A stretch of 43,792 nt of DNA from an uncultured Acidobacteriota bacterium (lineage in GTDB: Bacteria > Acidobacteriota > Terriglobia > UBA7540 > JAPUME01). The notes under the pieces are model-generated. The model was not told the origin of the DNA. It worked only from the letters and a program-made list of their open reading frames with translations, and did no database searches. The DNA lies in contig CAZSDV010000003.1 of assembly GCA_964605715.1 (NCBI GenBank), positions 19,175 to 62,966 of the forward strand. Reading direction: 5' to 3'. This document shows, piece by piece, positions 1-8,211 of this stretch (the first letter of the stretch is position 1; every line of letters begins with the position of its first letter). Made by a program: the position numbers and the translations under genes.

Positions 1-395
1 GCCTAGGTCAAGTGAGCTCGCTGGTGTGGAGTCTGGCTTTGGCGGCCCTGGTAACTGCGATTCTTGCGGTGGGGTCTATCACCCTGGCAACAATTCTTGA
101 GCGTCGCCCTGAGATCGGACTTATGAAAGCGATGGGGGCGGGAGAACCTCACATAGTCCAGCTTTTTCTTTTTGAAGCCACTGTAACGGGTTTACTTGGA
201 GGGGTATTGGGTTACCTTTCAGGATCGCTGCTCGCCAGCGCCTTGGCGGAAAGGATTTTTGGGGTCCCAACTTCAGTCGAATGGATAATTTTCCCTGGAA
301 TTTTGACCGTTGCATTACTGATTAACTTGGCCGGGCATTTTTGGCCACTCATGTGGGCTAGGCGGTTCTCACCGAAAGAGATTTTACATGACTAG
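1..395 (+). CDS. ABC transporter permease, FtsX/MacB family (C-terminal fragment, 5' end outside window)
   Basis: The frame is open to the window edge. The translation ...ILERRPEIGLMKAMGAGEPHIVQLFLFEATVTGLLGG... is the conserved FtsX C-terminal TM module. The stop TAG 393-395 overlaps the next ATG (388). Confidence 0.8.
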   Translation, partial: LGQVSSLVWSLALAALVTAILAVGSITLATILERRPEIGLMKAMGAGEPHIVQLFLFEATVTGLLGGVLGYLSGSLLASALAERIFGVPTSVEWIIFPGILTVALLINLAGHFWPLMWARRFSPKEILHD

Positions 396-1632
396 TCGAC
401 AGTCTGGTGTGGCTAATGGTTGGTCAGGACGACTAGGTTGGCGGATTCTCGGACGCTCGCTTACTTTGAAGCGGCCCCAGGTACTGGTTACCTTCCTAAC
501 TTTGACAATTACCGCTGCAGTTGCCGCGATGCTTTTGAACCTTTACGGTGATGCACAAGTAAAGATGACCCGTGAGTTTCGATCCTTTGGAGCGAACTTA
601 ATTCTGTCCTCGAATGGCTCGGCTCGTGAAGGCAAGATCATGGCGGAGGTACAAAATGGGCCTGAGGTCTCTCTGATGGCTGAGGGTATGCTGGAAGAGA
701 TCCGTCGGTTGAGTCCTGATTCTCACCGGATCATGGTGGTGGGGATACTAAATGCTGTTGGTCGAGCCCGGAACGTGACGGGCCAGAAGGCTTTAAGGAG
801 CTTCGGTGAACCGGTTATCGTAGTGGGGACTGATTTTACTCTCCTTCATCAGCTGTATTCAGCTTGGCGGCTCCGCGATGAAGTTGTGGTCCAAGCTCAA
901 TCAGGTGCTGTAATCGGTGAGCGGGTGGCTGAGCGATTACTTCTGGAGCGGGGCGATGATCTGGAACTGGAGTTTGAAGGTGGCAGTTCTTCAACTCCCC
1001 TTCGCGTGAAAATTGATAATATCCTTTCGACCGGTGGATCTGAAGATGGCCAGGTATTTCTCTCTTTGGAACAGCTACAGGAAGCTCTAGGGATAAAGGA
1101 TCAAATCAGTCTGGCAGAACTACGTGTTGATGGCCCAACCTTGGAGATCGAAGCTGTTGCGGCTGGGATTGCAAATAGCTTTCCTGAGATTGACGTTCGG
1201 CCGGTGAGGGAGATTGTTTACTCTGAGGGGCAGGTTTTGAAAACGGTTCGCTGGTTACTTTTAACCCTCACATTAATAATCCTGTCCATAACGACACTCT
1301 GCTTACTTGCTACAATTACAGCGATTGTGTTCGAGCGCCAGAGGGAGATTGGATTAATGAAGGCCCTGGGGGCGAGTGACCAGCTCCTAATGGGCTTCTT
1401 CCTTGCAGAAGTGGCGATCCTTGCTTCGGTGGGAAGCTTGGTGGGATTTGGATTTGGCGTGGCCCTGTCTAGGTATCTAGGTATCAGATTGTTTGGAACA
1501 CCCCTTGATCTCTACTGGCCTACCCTGCCGTGGGTAGCTTTGGCCACGGTGGGTGTTGCGCTGCTGGCAGCATGGTCCCCGGTGCAAGTGGTGCGCCGCA
1601 TACATCCAGCGGTGGTGTTGAAGGGAGAGTAA
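388..1632 (+). CDS. ABC transporter permease, MacB/FtsX family with a large extracytoplasmic domain
   Basis: 414-aa ORF with an N-terminal TM helix, a long soluble domain, and a C-terminal FtsX module (FERQREIGLMKALGASDQLLMGFFLAE...). It overlaps both neighbouring genes (8 nt upstream, TAATG downstream). Confidence 0.9.
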   Translation: MTSRQSGVANGWSGRLGWRILGRSLTLKRPQVLVTFLTLTITAAVAAMLLNLYGDAQVKMTREFRSFGANLILSSNGSAREGKIMAEVQNGPEVSLMAEGMLEEIRRLSPDSHRIMVVGILNAVGRARNVTGQKALRSFGEPVIVVGTDFTLLHQLYSAWRLRDEVVVQAQSGAVIGERVAERLLLERGDDLELEFEGGSSSTPLRVKIDNILSTGGSEDGQVFLSLEQLQEALGIKDQISLAELRVDGPTLEIEAVAAGIANSFPEIDVRPVREIVYSEGQVLKTVRWLLLTLTLIILSITTLCLLATITAIVFERQREIGLMKALGASDQLLMGFFLAEVAILASVGSLVGFGFGVALSRYLGIRLFGTPLDLYWPTLPWVALATVGVALLAAWSPVQVVRRIHPAVVLKGE

Positions 1633-2711
1633 TGAGTTTTGTTGAACTGAAAAACTTGGTCAAGAGTTACGGCACCTCAGTTCGGGCGCTCGATCAGGTA
1701 ACTTTTGATGTTGAGTCGGGAGAATGGATTGCTGTCATGGGTCCATCGGGATCAGGAAAAACCACGCTGCTCAACATTCTAGGGGGGCTTGACCACCCTT
1801 CCGAAGGGGAGGTCTGGATTGGCGGTCGGGATGTGACGTGCCTAAATACACAGGAGATGAACCGTTATCGGGCGGAAAAAGTTGGTTTTGTCTTTCAGCA
1901 GTTTCATTTGGTTTCTTATCTGACGGTAGTCGAAAATATCATGCTGGCACAGTATTTTCATAGCGTGGCAGACGAGCAGGAGGCCAGAGATGCCCTTAAG
2001 CAGGTGGGTTTGGGTGAAAGACTTGATTTTTATCCGGCGCAGCTTTCCGGCGGAGAGCAGCAGCGGATTTGTGTGGCGCGGGCCTTAATCAATCAGCCTG
2101 AGCTGATTCTGGCTGACGAGCCAACAGGGAATTTGGATGAAGTAAATGAGGCTCTTATCTTGAGTTTATTGACAGAGTTGCAGCGCAAAGGGAATACCAT
2201 AATTATGGTTACGCACGATCCCGAGGTGGGACGGTTAGCTGACCGGAGAATTGAGCTTCATCACGGGAGATTGAGTGAGTCCCGTTCCCTTCCGTTGGTC
2301 GATGAAGAGTTATTTGACAATCTTTTGAAGAGAATTTGGGTTTTGCAAGAGGATTCAGCTGAAAAAAATCTGGAATTAAGACAGCTACCTGAGCTACGTG
2401 AAAATTTCACAACGCTCACATTAATGGTCGAAGGAGAGTGGATTATCAACAAAGAGGCCACGTTGACCTTGACCAAAAAGGGGCACCAGCGGGCCTCAGA
2501 TATTATACGGCGCCACAGGTTGGCTGAGCGGCTTTTTCGAGACACCTTTGGTTTACCTGAGGAATTGCTGGATGCCAATGCTTGCAAGATTGAGCATACT
2601 TTGAGTGCTGAAGTAACAGAGAAAATCTGTACCTTCCTCCATCATCCCCTGACCTGTCCGCACGGAGCAACCATTCCCCGTGGCCCTTGTTGCGCAGCCG
2701 GACCAGGGTAA
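1632..2711 (+). CDS. ABC transporter ATP-binding protein (MacB/LolD-like) fused to a C-terminal DtxR/MntR-like metal-sensor domain
   Basis: The ATG at 1632 shares TAATG with the permease stop. Motifs: Walker A GPSGSGKTT, signature LSGGEQQR, Walker B LILADEPT, H-loop VTHD. Residues ~223-350 (nt ~2298-2681) read ...TLTKKGHQRASDIIRRHRLAERLFRDTFGLPEELLDANACKIEHTLSAEV...CPHGATIP, which is collinear with the DtxR dimerisation/metal-binding domain. Confidence 0.9.
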   Translation: MSFVELKNLVKSYGTSVRALDQVTFDVESGEWIAVMGPSGSGKTTLLNILGGLDHPSEGEVWIGGRDVTCLNTQEMNRYRAEKVGFVFQQFHLVSYLTVVENIMLAQYFHSVADEQEARDALKQVGLGERLDFYPAQLSGGEQQRICVARALINQPELILADEPTGNLDEVNEALILSLLTELQRKGNTIIMVTHDPEVGRLADRRIELHHGRLSESRSLPLVDEELFDNLLKRIWVLQEDSAEKNLELRQLPELRENFTTLTLMVEGEWIINKEATLTLTKKGHQRASDIIRRHRLAERLFRDTFGLPEELLDANACKIEHTLSAEVTEKICTFLHHPLTCPHGATIPRGPCCAAGPG

Positions 2712-2885
2712 AAAAGTTTATACTAAATACTCTTAGCTTCTGAATTATAAATCTGCCAGTTGGTGGATTTATTCACCAACAAAGCCCAATTCGTACGTGG
2801 TCCCCTCCGATCACGACCTTGTCTGATATTGCCCCTTGTGCTAACTTTTCACACCTATAGTATAAGACGATGAGGATGGAGTCCT

Positions 2886-3806
2886 ATGAGAAATGTAATC
2901 ATAATGGGTTCTGGGTGTGCAGGTCTTACTGCCGCAGTTTATGCTGCCCGAGCGAATTTGAATCCCCTGGTTATTAGGGGAACGGAGGCAGGAGGGCAGC
3001 TAACACTTACTACGGCGGTAGAAAATTATCCAGGTTTCCCCGAAGGGGTACAGGGCCCAGAGCTGATAGAGCGAATGAAAGCTCAGGCAGAGGTCTTCGG
3101 AGCAGATTTTTTAGAGGGAAGTATAACCTGCGTCGACCTTTCTCAGCGACCCTTCGTTCTGGAGGTTGGGAATAAACGGATGGAAACTCGCACCTTAATT
3201 ATTGCCTCCGGTGCCTCGGCCCGACTGCTCGGGATCGATTCGGAGCGAGCACTGCTTGGAAAGGGAGTCTCAACTTGCGCTACGTGTGATGGATATTTTT
3301 TCCGCAAGAAGTCCGTAGTTGTGGTTGGGGGAGGAGATACGGCAATGGAGGATGCTCTGTTTCTAACGCGCTTTGCCACAGAGGTCAGTGTTATTCATAG
3401 ACGTGACCGATTGCGTGCTTCAAAGATTATGCAGGAACGTGCGCAAAAGAATGCAAAAATTAAGTTTATCTGGGACACGGTTGTGGAGGATATATTCGAT
3501 CCAACGAAAGGCTTGGTTGAAGGAGTTGAGTTAAGAAACGTGAAGACTAAGATGGCAACTAGGAAAGCATGCGACGGCGTCTTCGTTGGAATCGGGCACC
3601 GCCCGAATACGGATGTGTTGAATGGCCAGATTAAAGTGGACGAGAATGGGTATATCATTACCCACGAAGGTTCGCGGACTAGCATTCCAGGAGTTTTTGC
3701 CGCTGGTGACGTGCAGGATCATGTTTATAGGCAGGCTGTTACCGCTGCGGGTTCGGGCTGTATGGCTGCCATTGATGCGGAGAGACTACTAGAAGCAGAA
3801 GAATAA
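2886..3806 (+). CDS. trxB: thioredoxin-disulfide reductase
   Basis: 306 aa. FAD motif GSGCAGLTAA, redox-active CATCDG, NADPH motif GGGDTAMEDA...HRRDRLR, and C-terminal GVFAAGDV. Confidence 0.95.
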   Translation: MRNVIIMGSGCAGLTAAVYAARANLNPLVIRGTEAGGQLTLTTAVENYPGFPEGVQGPELIERMKAQAEVFGADFLEGSITCVDLSQRPFVLEVGNKRMETRTLIIASGASARLLGIDSERALLGKGVSTCATCDGYFFRKKSVVVVGGGDTAMEDALFLTRFATEVSVIHRRDRLRASKIMQERAQKNAKIKFIWDTVVEDIFDPTKGLVEGVELRNVKTKMATRKACDGVFVGIGHRPNTDVLNGQIKVDENGYIITHEGSRTSIPGVFAAGDVQDHVYRQAVTAAGSGCMAAIDAERLLEAEE

Positions 3807-3810
3807 TAAG

Positions 3811-3846
3811 GAAGCCCCAAGCACAGGCTTCAATTTCCTTTTTACT
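3811..3846. terminator. candidate intrinsic terminator between the convergent trxB and doxX genes
   Basis: GAAGCC(3811-3816)-9 nt-GGCTTC(3826-3831) followed by AATTTCCTTTTTAC. The reverse strand also has a T-rich tail (CTTATTATT). Confidence 0.4.
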
Positions 3847-3891
3847 AAAGAACCTCAGATTGGAATTGTTTTTAACTAGCCCACTTTAATT

Positions 3892-4314
3892 TCAAAGATC
3901 TGGAGATTCTAGTTTTTTCTTAAAAAGGCTGTCTAGATTGTATGAGCCACCTCCAATGGTAGCCAGCAGGAGGAAGATCAAGCAGTAGAGAGCGGCCCTC
4001 TCTCCTTGGTTCATGACTGGCCAGAAAGAGTTTGGGAAATGGACCATGAAGTAGGCAACAGCCATTTGCCCAGAAAGTATAAAAGCCACTGGTTGTGTAA
4101 AAAGGCCCAGTAAGATGGCTAGGCCACCGAAGAATTCCAGGACTCCCGCGAATCCCATCGTTGAAAAAAGTGGCGCTGTAGCACCTTCTTGTCCCCCGAA
4201 TCCGCCTAGCAGGCCAAATAGCTTCTGGACCCCATGCTCTAGGAACATGAATCCTGTCAGGACTCGCAACAACGTTAAGGAATGAACTTTATACCGACTC
4301 AGTAGATTGTTCAT
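3892..4314 (-). CDS. DoxX family membrane protein
   Basis: 140 aa with four predicted TM helices. The N-terminal LLRVLTGFMFLEHGVQKLFG is typical of DoxX. Confidence 0.8.
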   Translation of the reverse strand: MNNLLSRYKVHSLTLLRVLTGFMFLEHGVQKLFGLLGGFGGQEGATAPLFSTMGFAGVLEFFGGLAILLGLFTQPVAFILSGQMAVAYFMVHFPNSFWPVMNQGERAALYCLIFLLLATIGGGSYNLDSLFKKKLESPDL

Positions 4315-4352
4315 TGTTCTTTTACCTCATATTAAATGGAGTTAATGGAAAT

Positions 4353-4991
4353 TCAGTTTTCCTTCCGGCATATAGCAAAGCCATCTCGAAGTGGAATAAG
4401 GGTTGTGAAGAGTTTAGGTGTCGAGTAGATCAATTGGTTAAACCTTTGTATGCCAAGAGTGTCAGCATCACCTTTTTTAATTTTTCGGGTGACGCGGCCG
4501 TGCCAGAGTACATTATCGGTCACGAGTAGTCCACCAGGTTTGATTCGTGGCAGGGCCCTATCAAAGACAGCCGGATACTGGCTCTTTTCTACATCATTGA
4601 AGATTAGATCAAAGGAGCCCTTGGTGTTATCGAGGATCTCGAAAGCATCTCCGACAAGAATTTGAACTCTGTCGGCTATTCCTGCCCGTTCCAGGTAGGC
4701 CTTTGCCAGTCTAGCATTTTTCGGATTGCTATCGGTGTAGAATACTGAGCCAGATTTACCGATAGCCCTAGCCAGCCAAATAGTAGAGTAACCGATTGCC
4801 GAACCCATTTCGAAGACGCGCTGGGCTCCGGCAAGCTGTGTCAATTGGTAGAGAAGTCGCCCACAGGCAGGGCCGATTATTGGCACTTTGTGAGAGGAAG
4901 CATACGCTTCCATTTCTACCAACACTTCATCGCGGCTAGGTAACAGGCTGGCCAGATAGCGCTCAGTTAAAGAGTCAAGTATTGGAGGCAT
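4353..4991 (-). CDS. class I SAM-dependent O-methyltransferase (caffeoyl-CoA OMT-like)
   Basis: 212 aa. SAM motif VFEMGSAIGYS, then FDLIFNDVEKSQY and GGLLVTDNVLWHG, as in family 3 O-methyltransferases. Confidence 0.85.
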   Translation of the reverse strand: MPPILDSLTERYLASLLPSRDEVLVEMEAYASSHKVPIIGPACGRLLYQLTQLAGAQRVFEMGSAIGYSTIWLARAIGKSGSVFYTDSNPKNARLAKAYLERAGIADRVQILVGDAFEILDNTKGSFDLIFNDVEKSQYPAVFDRALPRIKPGGLLVTDNVLWHGRVTRKIKKGDADTLGIQRFNQLIYSTPKLFTTLIPLRDGFAICRKEN

Positions 4992-5034
4992 AGGTTAGTT
5001 TAACCTTTGTCAACTCAAACCAAAAAATCTGGAT

Positions 5035-5919
5035 TTAGGGGATTGACATCCCGGGCTCGAGTTCGAGAACTCTTGCTTTCGTGACCTTGCAAATTTCACT
5101 CTTGAACACCTCAGGAGTTCCCGATACTAGCGGGAAGGTTCCGAAGTGCATGGGTATGACTTCAGGCACACGGAGGAGCTTAACAGCATAGGCTGCCTCA
5201 CGCGGATTCATGGTGAAGAGATCACCAATCGGCAGCAGGGCCAACTGCGGCCTGTAGAGATTTCCAATCAGCTCCATATCACCAAAGAGGGCGGTGTCTC
5301 CGGCATGGTAGATTCTATAGTTGGTTGAAAACTCTAGTAGGTAACCAACCGCTTCTCCTCCGTAGACGATTTTCCCGTCGTCGAGGATTCCACAACTATG
5401 GTCGGCGTGGGTCATGGTGGTTATTACCTCTTCGACCACTTGCGAGCCCCCCTTGTTCATCGGATGGAGGTTCTCAACTCCTTTGCTTTCCAGCCAGTGA
5501 CATACTTCATAGATCGCAATGACCTGCGGCTTATATTCTCTGGCCAAGGGCAGCACGTCATCAATATGATCAAAGTGCCCATGGGTTATGAGGATTAGGT
5601 CAAGCTGCTCAAATTCCTTGTTTTTTTTAGGGCAGGCTGGGTTAGTGGCCACCCAAGGATCAATCAATATAACCTTTTTTTCGGGGGTGGTGATCTTGAA
5701 TGTTGAGTGGCCCAGCCAAGTAAGCTCTAAGGTATTTGGAATAGACATGTTATCCATTCTGGACAAGTTCGAATTTGGATCAGATTTACCAAAAGCAATC
5801 ACAGAGGCTCCTGGTAGTAGGGTAGCCTTTTGCCTATTCAGGATATGAATTGTGTCAAAGATTTCAATCGCCTGCGGCTGCATTTTATCCTGAACCTTGC
5901 CTGGAATCAACCTATCCAA
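5035..5919 (-). CDS. metal-dependent hydrolase, MBL fold (UPF0173-like)
   Basis: Motifs LTWLGHSTFKI, ILITHGHFDHIDD and HAGDT. The longest start, TTG 5919, has AGGAG 10 nt upstream. ATG 5757 or 5748 would give the ~240-aa size that is more usual for this family, so the start is uncertain. Confidence 0.85.
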   Translation of the reverse strand: MDRLIPGKVQDKMQPQAIEIFDTIHILNRQKATLLPGASVIAFGKSDPNSNLSRMDNMSIPNTLELTWLGHSTFKITTPEKKVILIDPWVATNPACPKKNKEFEQLDLILITHGHFDHIDDVLPLAREYKPQVIAIYEVCHWLESKGVENLHPMNKGGSQVVEEVITTMTHADHSCGILDDGKIVYGGEAVGYLLEFSTNYRIYHAGDTALFGDMELIGNLYRPQLALLPIGDLFTMNPREAAYAVKLLRVPEVIPMHFGTFPLVSGTPEVFKSEICKVTKARVLELEPGMSIP

Positions 5920-5942
5920 ACATAGGAAACTCCTGGGGGGGG

Positions 5943-5971
5943 TTGTAATCTAAGTGACCGGCGACTATACT
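5943..5971 (+). promoter_or_regulatory. candidate sigma70-type promoter of the rimP-nusA-infB operon
   Basis: TTGTAA (5943-5948), a 17-nt spacer, then TATACT (5966-5971), about 50 nt upstream of the rimP ATG. Confidence 0.4.
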
Positions 5972-5991
5972 AGGGCTGTCGATTCACATCA

Positions 5992-6013
5992 GTGGGCCTA
6001 GGCCCACTTTTTT
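5992..6013 (+). terminator. terminator-like hairpin in the rimP leader (candidate attenuator)
   Basis: Perfect 16-nt palindrome GTGGGCCTAGGCCCAC (5992-6007) followed directly by TTTTTT (6008-6013), 8 nt before the rimP ATG. There is no upstream + strand gene for it to terminate. Confidence 0.5.
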
Positions 6014-6021
6014 GTTGGATA

Positions 6022-6480
6022 ATGAACGTTAACTCTGAATTAATACGAGAGATTGCTTCAAGAGTGGCGGTTTCAGAGGGATTTGAGCTTGTTGATATGG
6101 AGCTTAAGGGTTCCTCTTCGAACCACCTCCTGAGGATATATATCCACAAGTCTGGTGGAATTGATCATGGCGACTGCCAGTTAGTTAGTGAGCAAATGAG
6201 CGCAATCCTGGACGTTGAGGACCTGTTTCCGGGTAGATACACTTTGGAAGTCTCTTCCCCCGGCCTTGATCGTCCTTTGAGGAATGCCGCGGATTTTCAG
6301 CGCTCCTACGGGCAGCGAGCTAAGATCACCCTCCGCGAACCTATGGCCGGCCAACGTAGTTTTGAGGGTCGGCTAATGAGATTTAAAGAAGGGTGTTTGC
6401 AAGTGGAGGTTGACGACAATAAGATTTTGGAACTGAAACACGAAAACATTGTGCGAGCAAAACTCCTGGTTGAGTTTTGA
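6022..6480 (+). CDS. rimP: ribosome maturation factor RimP
   Basis: 152 aa from ATG 6022. Contains GFELVDMELKG....LRIYI and LEVSSPGLDRPL, and sits immediately upstream of nusA. Confidence 0.9.
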   Translation: MNVNSELIREIASRVAVSEGFELVDMELKGSSSNHLLRIYIHKSGGIDHGDCQLVSEQMSAILDVEDLFPGRYTLEVSSPGLDRPLRNAADFQRSYGQRAKITLREPMAGQRSFEGRLMRFKEGCLQVEVDDNKILELKHENIVRAKLLVEF

Positions 6481-6564
6481 GTGAATCGAGCCGCTGGTGG
6501 AGTTGGATAGCAAGTCCGGTTGGCTTGCAAGATAAGATCAAAGGCTGACAAGAGGATCCAAATA

Positions 6565-8181
6565 ATGGCAACGAGTTTACTTTTTCAAACAATTGATCAA
6601 TTGGGCCGTGAGAAAGGCATCGATACGGAAGTTATCGTTGGAGCAGTTGAGGATGCAATTCTGGTTGCTGTCCGGAAGTACTATAAGACCGATGATGCTC
6701 TTCTTTCACAGTTCAATCGGAAAACCGGAGTGGTAGAAGTTTTTGCAGTGAAAAAAGTAACGGAGACCGTTACTGATCCTACGAAAGAGATTTCCCTGGA
6801 AGATGCGAAAAGATACGAACCTGAAATCAATGTGGAGGAGGAAATCCGAATATCCCTACCTACAGATGTGCTAGGACGAATCGCAGCACAGACGGCTAAA
6901 CAGGTCATTTTCCAGAAGGTACGTGAAGCAGAGCGTGAATCCGTTCATGCTGAATACAGCCAGCGGAACGGCGAGTTAGTGAATTGCATGGTTAAGCGGG
7001 TTGAAGGTCCAGACCTTATTGTTGACCTAGGGCGTACCGAAGGTCGCCTGCCTCGGCGTGAGCAGTCCCGCCTGGAAAGTTACCAGATTGGGGACCGGAT
7101 CAGGGTTGTTATTGTTGAAGTAGATCGTACAGCGAGAGGTCCTCAGGTAATCGTTTCACGAGCTGAGCCAATTTTGGTGCAGCGCCTTTTTGAAATGGAA
7201 GTTCCCGAAATCTATGATGGGACGGTGGTGGTTAAAATGCTCGCACGGGAAGCGGGCGAGCGAACTAAAATTGCTGTTTTTTCAAACCAGAGTGATGTTG
7301 ATTGTGTCGGGGCTTGCGTCGGGATGAAAGGTTCTCGCGTGCAGTCAATCATCCGGGAATTGCAAGGCGAGAAGATCGACATTATTCAGTACGACGAAGA
7401 TCCTATTCGTTTTGCTGGTAACGCCATTAGTCCAGCTAAAGGTACCACCGTTTCAGTAGCTGACGTAGAAGAGCGGCGCTTGGAGATTGTGGTAGATGAT
7501 ACTCAGCTATCCCTTGCCATTGGACGGAAAGGGCAGAATGTTCGTTTGGCGGCAAAGCTTCTCGGTTGGCATGTTGATATCAAGAGTGAAGAAGAGAAGC
7601 GCCAGGAAGTTGAAATTCAGATGGCTGCCTTGACGCGCTCTGGTACATCGGTAAGCGCACTCGAAAGTATTGGCCAAAAGACCTTGAAGAAACTTATGGA
7701 TCACGATATCGATACCATTGAGACTCTGGCACAGACGACGCCAGCTGAATTGACACAGCTGCCTGGTATTGGAGAAAAGACAGTGGAAAAGATTCGGGAA
7801 GCCGTGGCTGATTTTTTTGAGCAAGTACCTGACCAAATTACCGAGGAAGCCGAATCTGACAGCATTAAAGTGGAAGCTGAATTGGAGTCCGGCGAAGAAG
7901 CAGAAGATGGCATGACCCCGGAAAGTGAAGCAGATATTGCAACGGAAGGGGTCGAGATGGGAGATGAGTCCCAGGCTGATCAGGTTACGGGGTCGGAGGA
8001 AGCTGGGAGGCAGGAAACTGAAGAAGAAGTGACAGAGGCTGGCTTGGAGATTAAGGAGGCCAGAGAGTTTTCTGAGTCTGAAGAAGCAAAAGTAACAGAA
8101 ACCTCGACCACAGCGGAATTCGTTGAAGGTGATAAACTAGATTCGACCGCGACGGTGGATAAAGATGCCGAAGAAGATTAA
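6565..8181 (+). CDS. nusA: transcription termination/antitermination factor NusA with a long acidic C-terminal tail
   Basis: Starts at ATG 6565 (MATSLLFQTIDQLGREKGID). Has an S1 domain, two KH domains (GACVGMKGSRVQ, AIGRKGQNVRLA) and an HhH (LPGIGEKTVEKI), followed by a ~110-aa E/D-rich tail. Confidence 0.95.
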   Translation: MATSLLFQTIDQLGREKGIDTEVIVGAVEDAILVAVRKYYKTDDALLSQFNRKTGVVEVFAVKKVTETVTDPTKEISLEDAKRYEPEINVEEEIRISLPTDVLGRIAAQTAKQVIFQKVREAERESVHAEYSQRNGELVNCMVKRVEGPDLIVDLGRTEGRLPRREQSRLESYQIGDRIRVVIVEVDRTARGPQVIVSRAEPILVQRLFEMEVPEIYDGTVVVKMLAREAGERTKIAVFSNQSDVDCVGACVGMKGSRVQSIIRELQGEKIDIIQYDEDPIRFAGNAISPAKGTTVSVADVEERRLEIVVDDTQLSLAIGRKGQNVRLAAKLLGWHVDIKSEEEKRQEVEIQMAALTRSGTSVSALESIGQKTLKKLMDHDIDTIETLAQTTPAELTQLPGIGEKTVEKIREAVADFFEQVPDQITEEAESDSIKVEAELESGEEAEDGMTPESEADIATEGVEMGDESQADQVTGSEEAGRQETEEEVTEAGLEIKEAREFSESEEAKVTETSTTAEFVEGDKLDSTATVDKDAEED

Positions 8182-8211
8182 TTTTGGAGCGGAGGTAGCC
8201 TCAAAAGAAAG

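Noticed and set aside
1530-1631. A longer start for the ABC ATPase ORF (track 1530..2711) that adds a Gly/Cys/Ala-rich 34-aa extension
   Set aside because: The extension overlaps the permease 3' end in another frame and has no ABC homology. ATG 1632 in the TAATG overlap gives the canonical MSFVELKNL N terminus.
5992-6021. GTG 5992 as the rimP start
   Set aside because: These codons are the palindrome/T-tract itself (MGLGPLFCWI). ATG 6022 yields a normal RimP N terminus.
6520-6564. An upstream start for nusA, and TTG 10762 as the start of the DUF503 gene
   Set aside because: The conserved N termini begin at ATG 6565 (MATSLLFQ) and ATG 10810 (MPIGVMTL). The extensions are non-homologous.
7830-8181. 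The acidic E/D-rich tail of NusA as a separate gene or repeat element
   Set aside because: It is continuous in frame with the NusA HhH domain, and it is low-complexity rather than a nucleotide tandem repeat.
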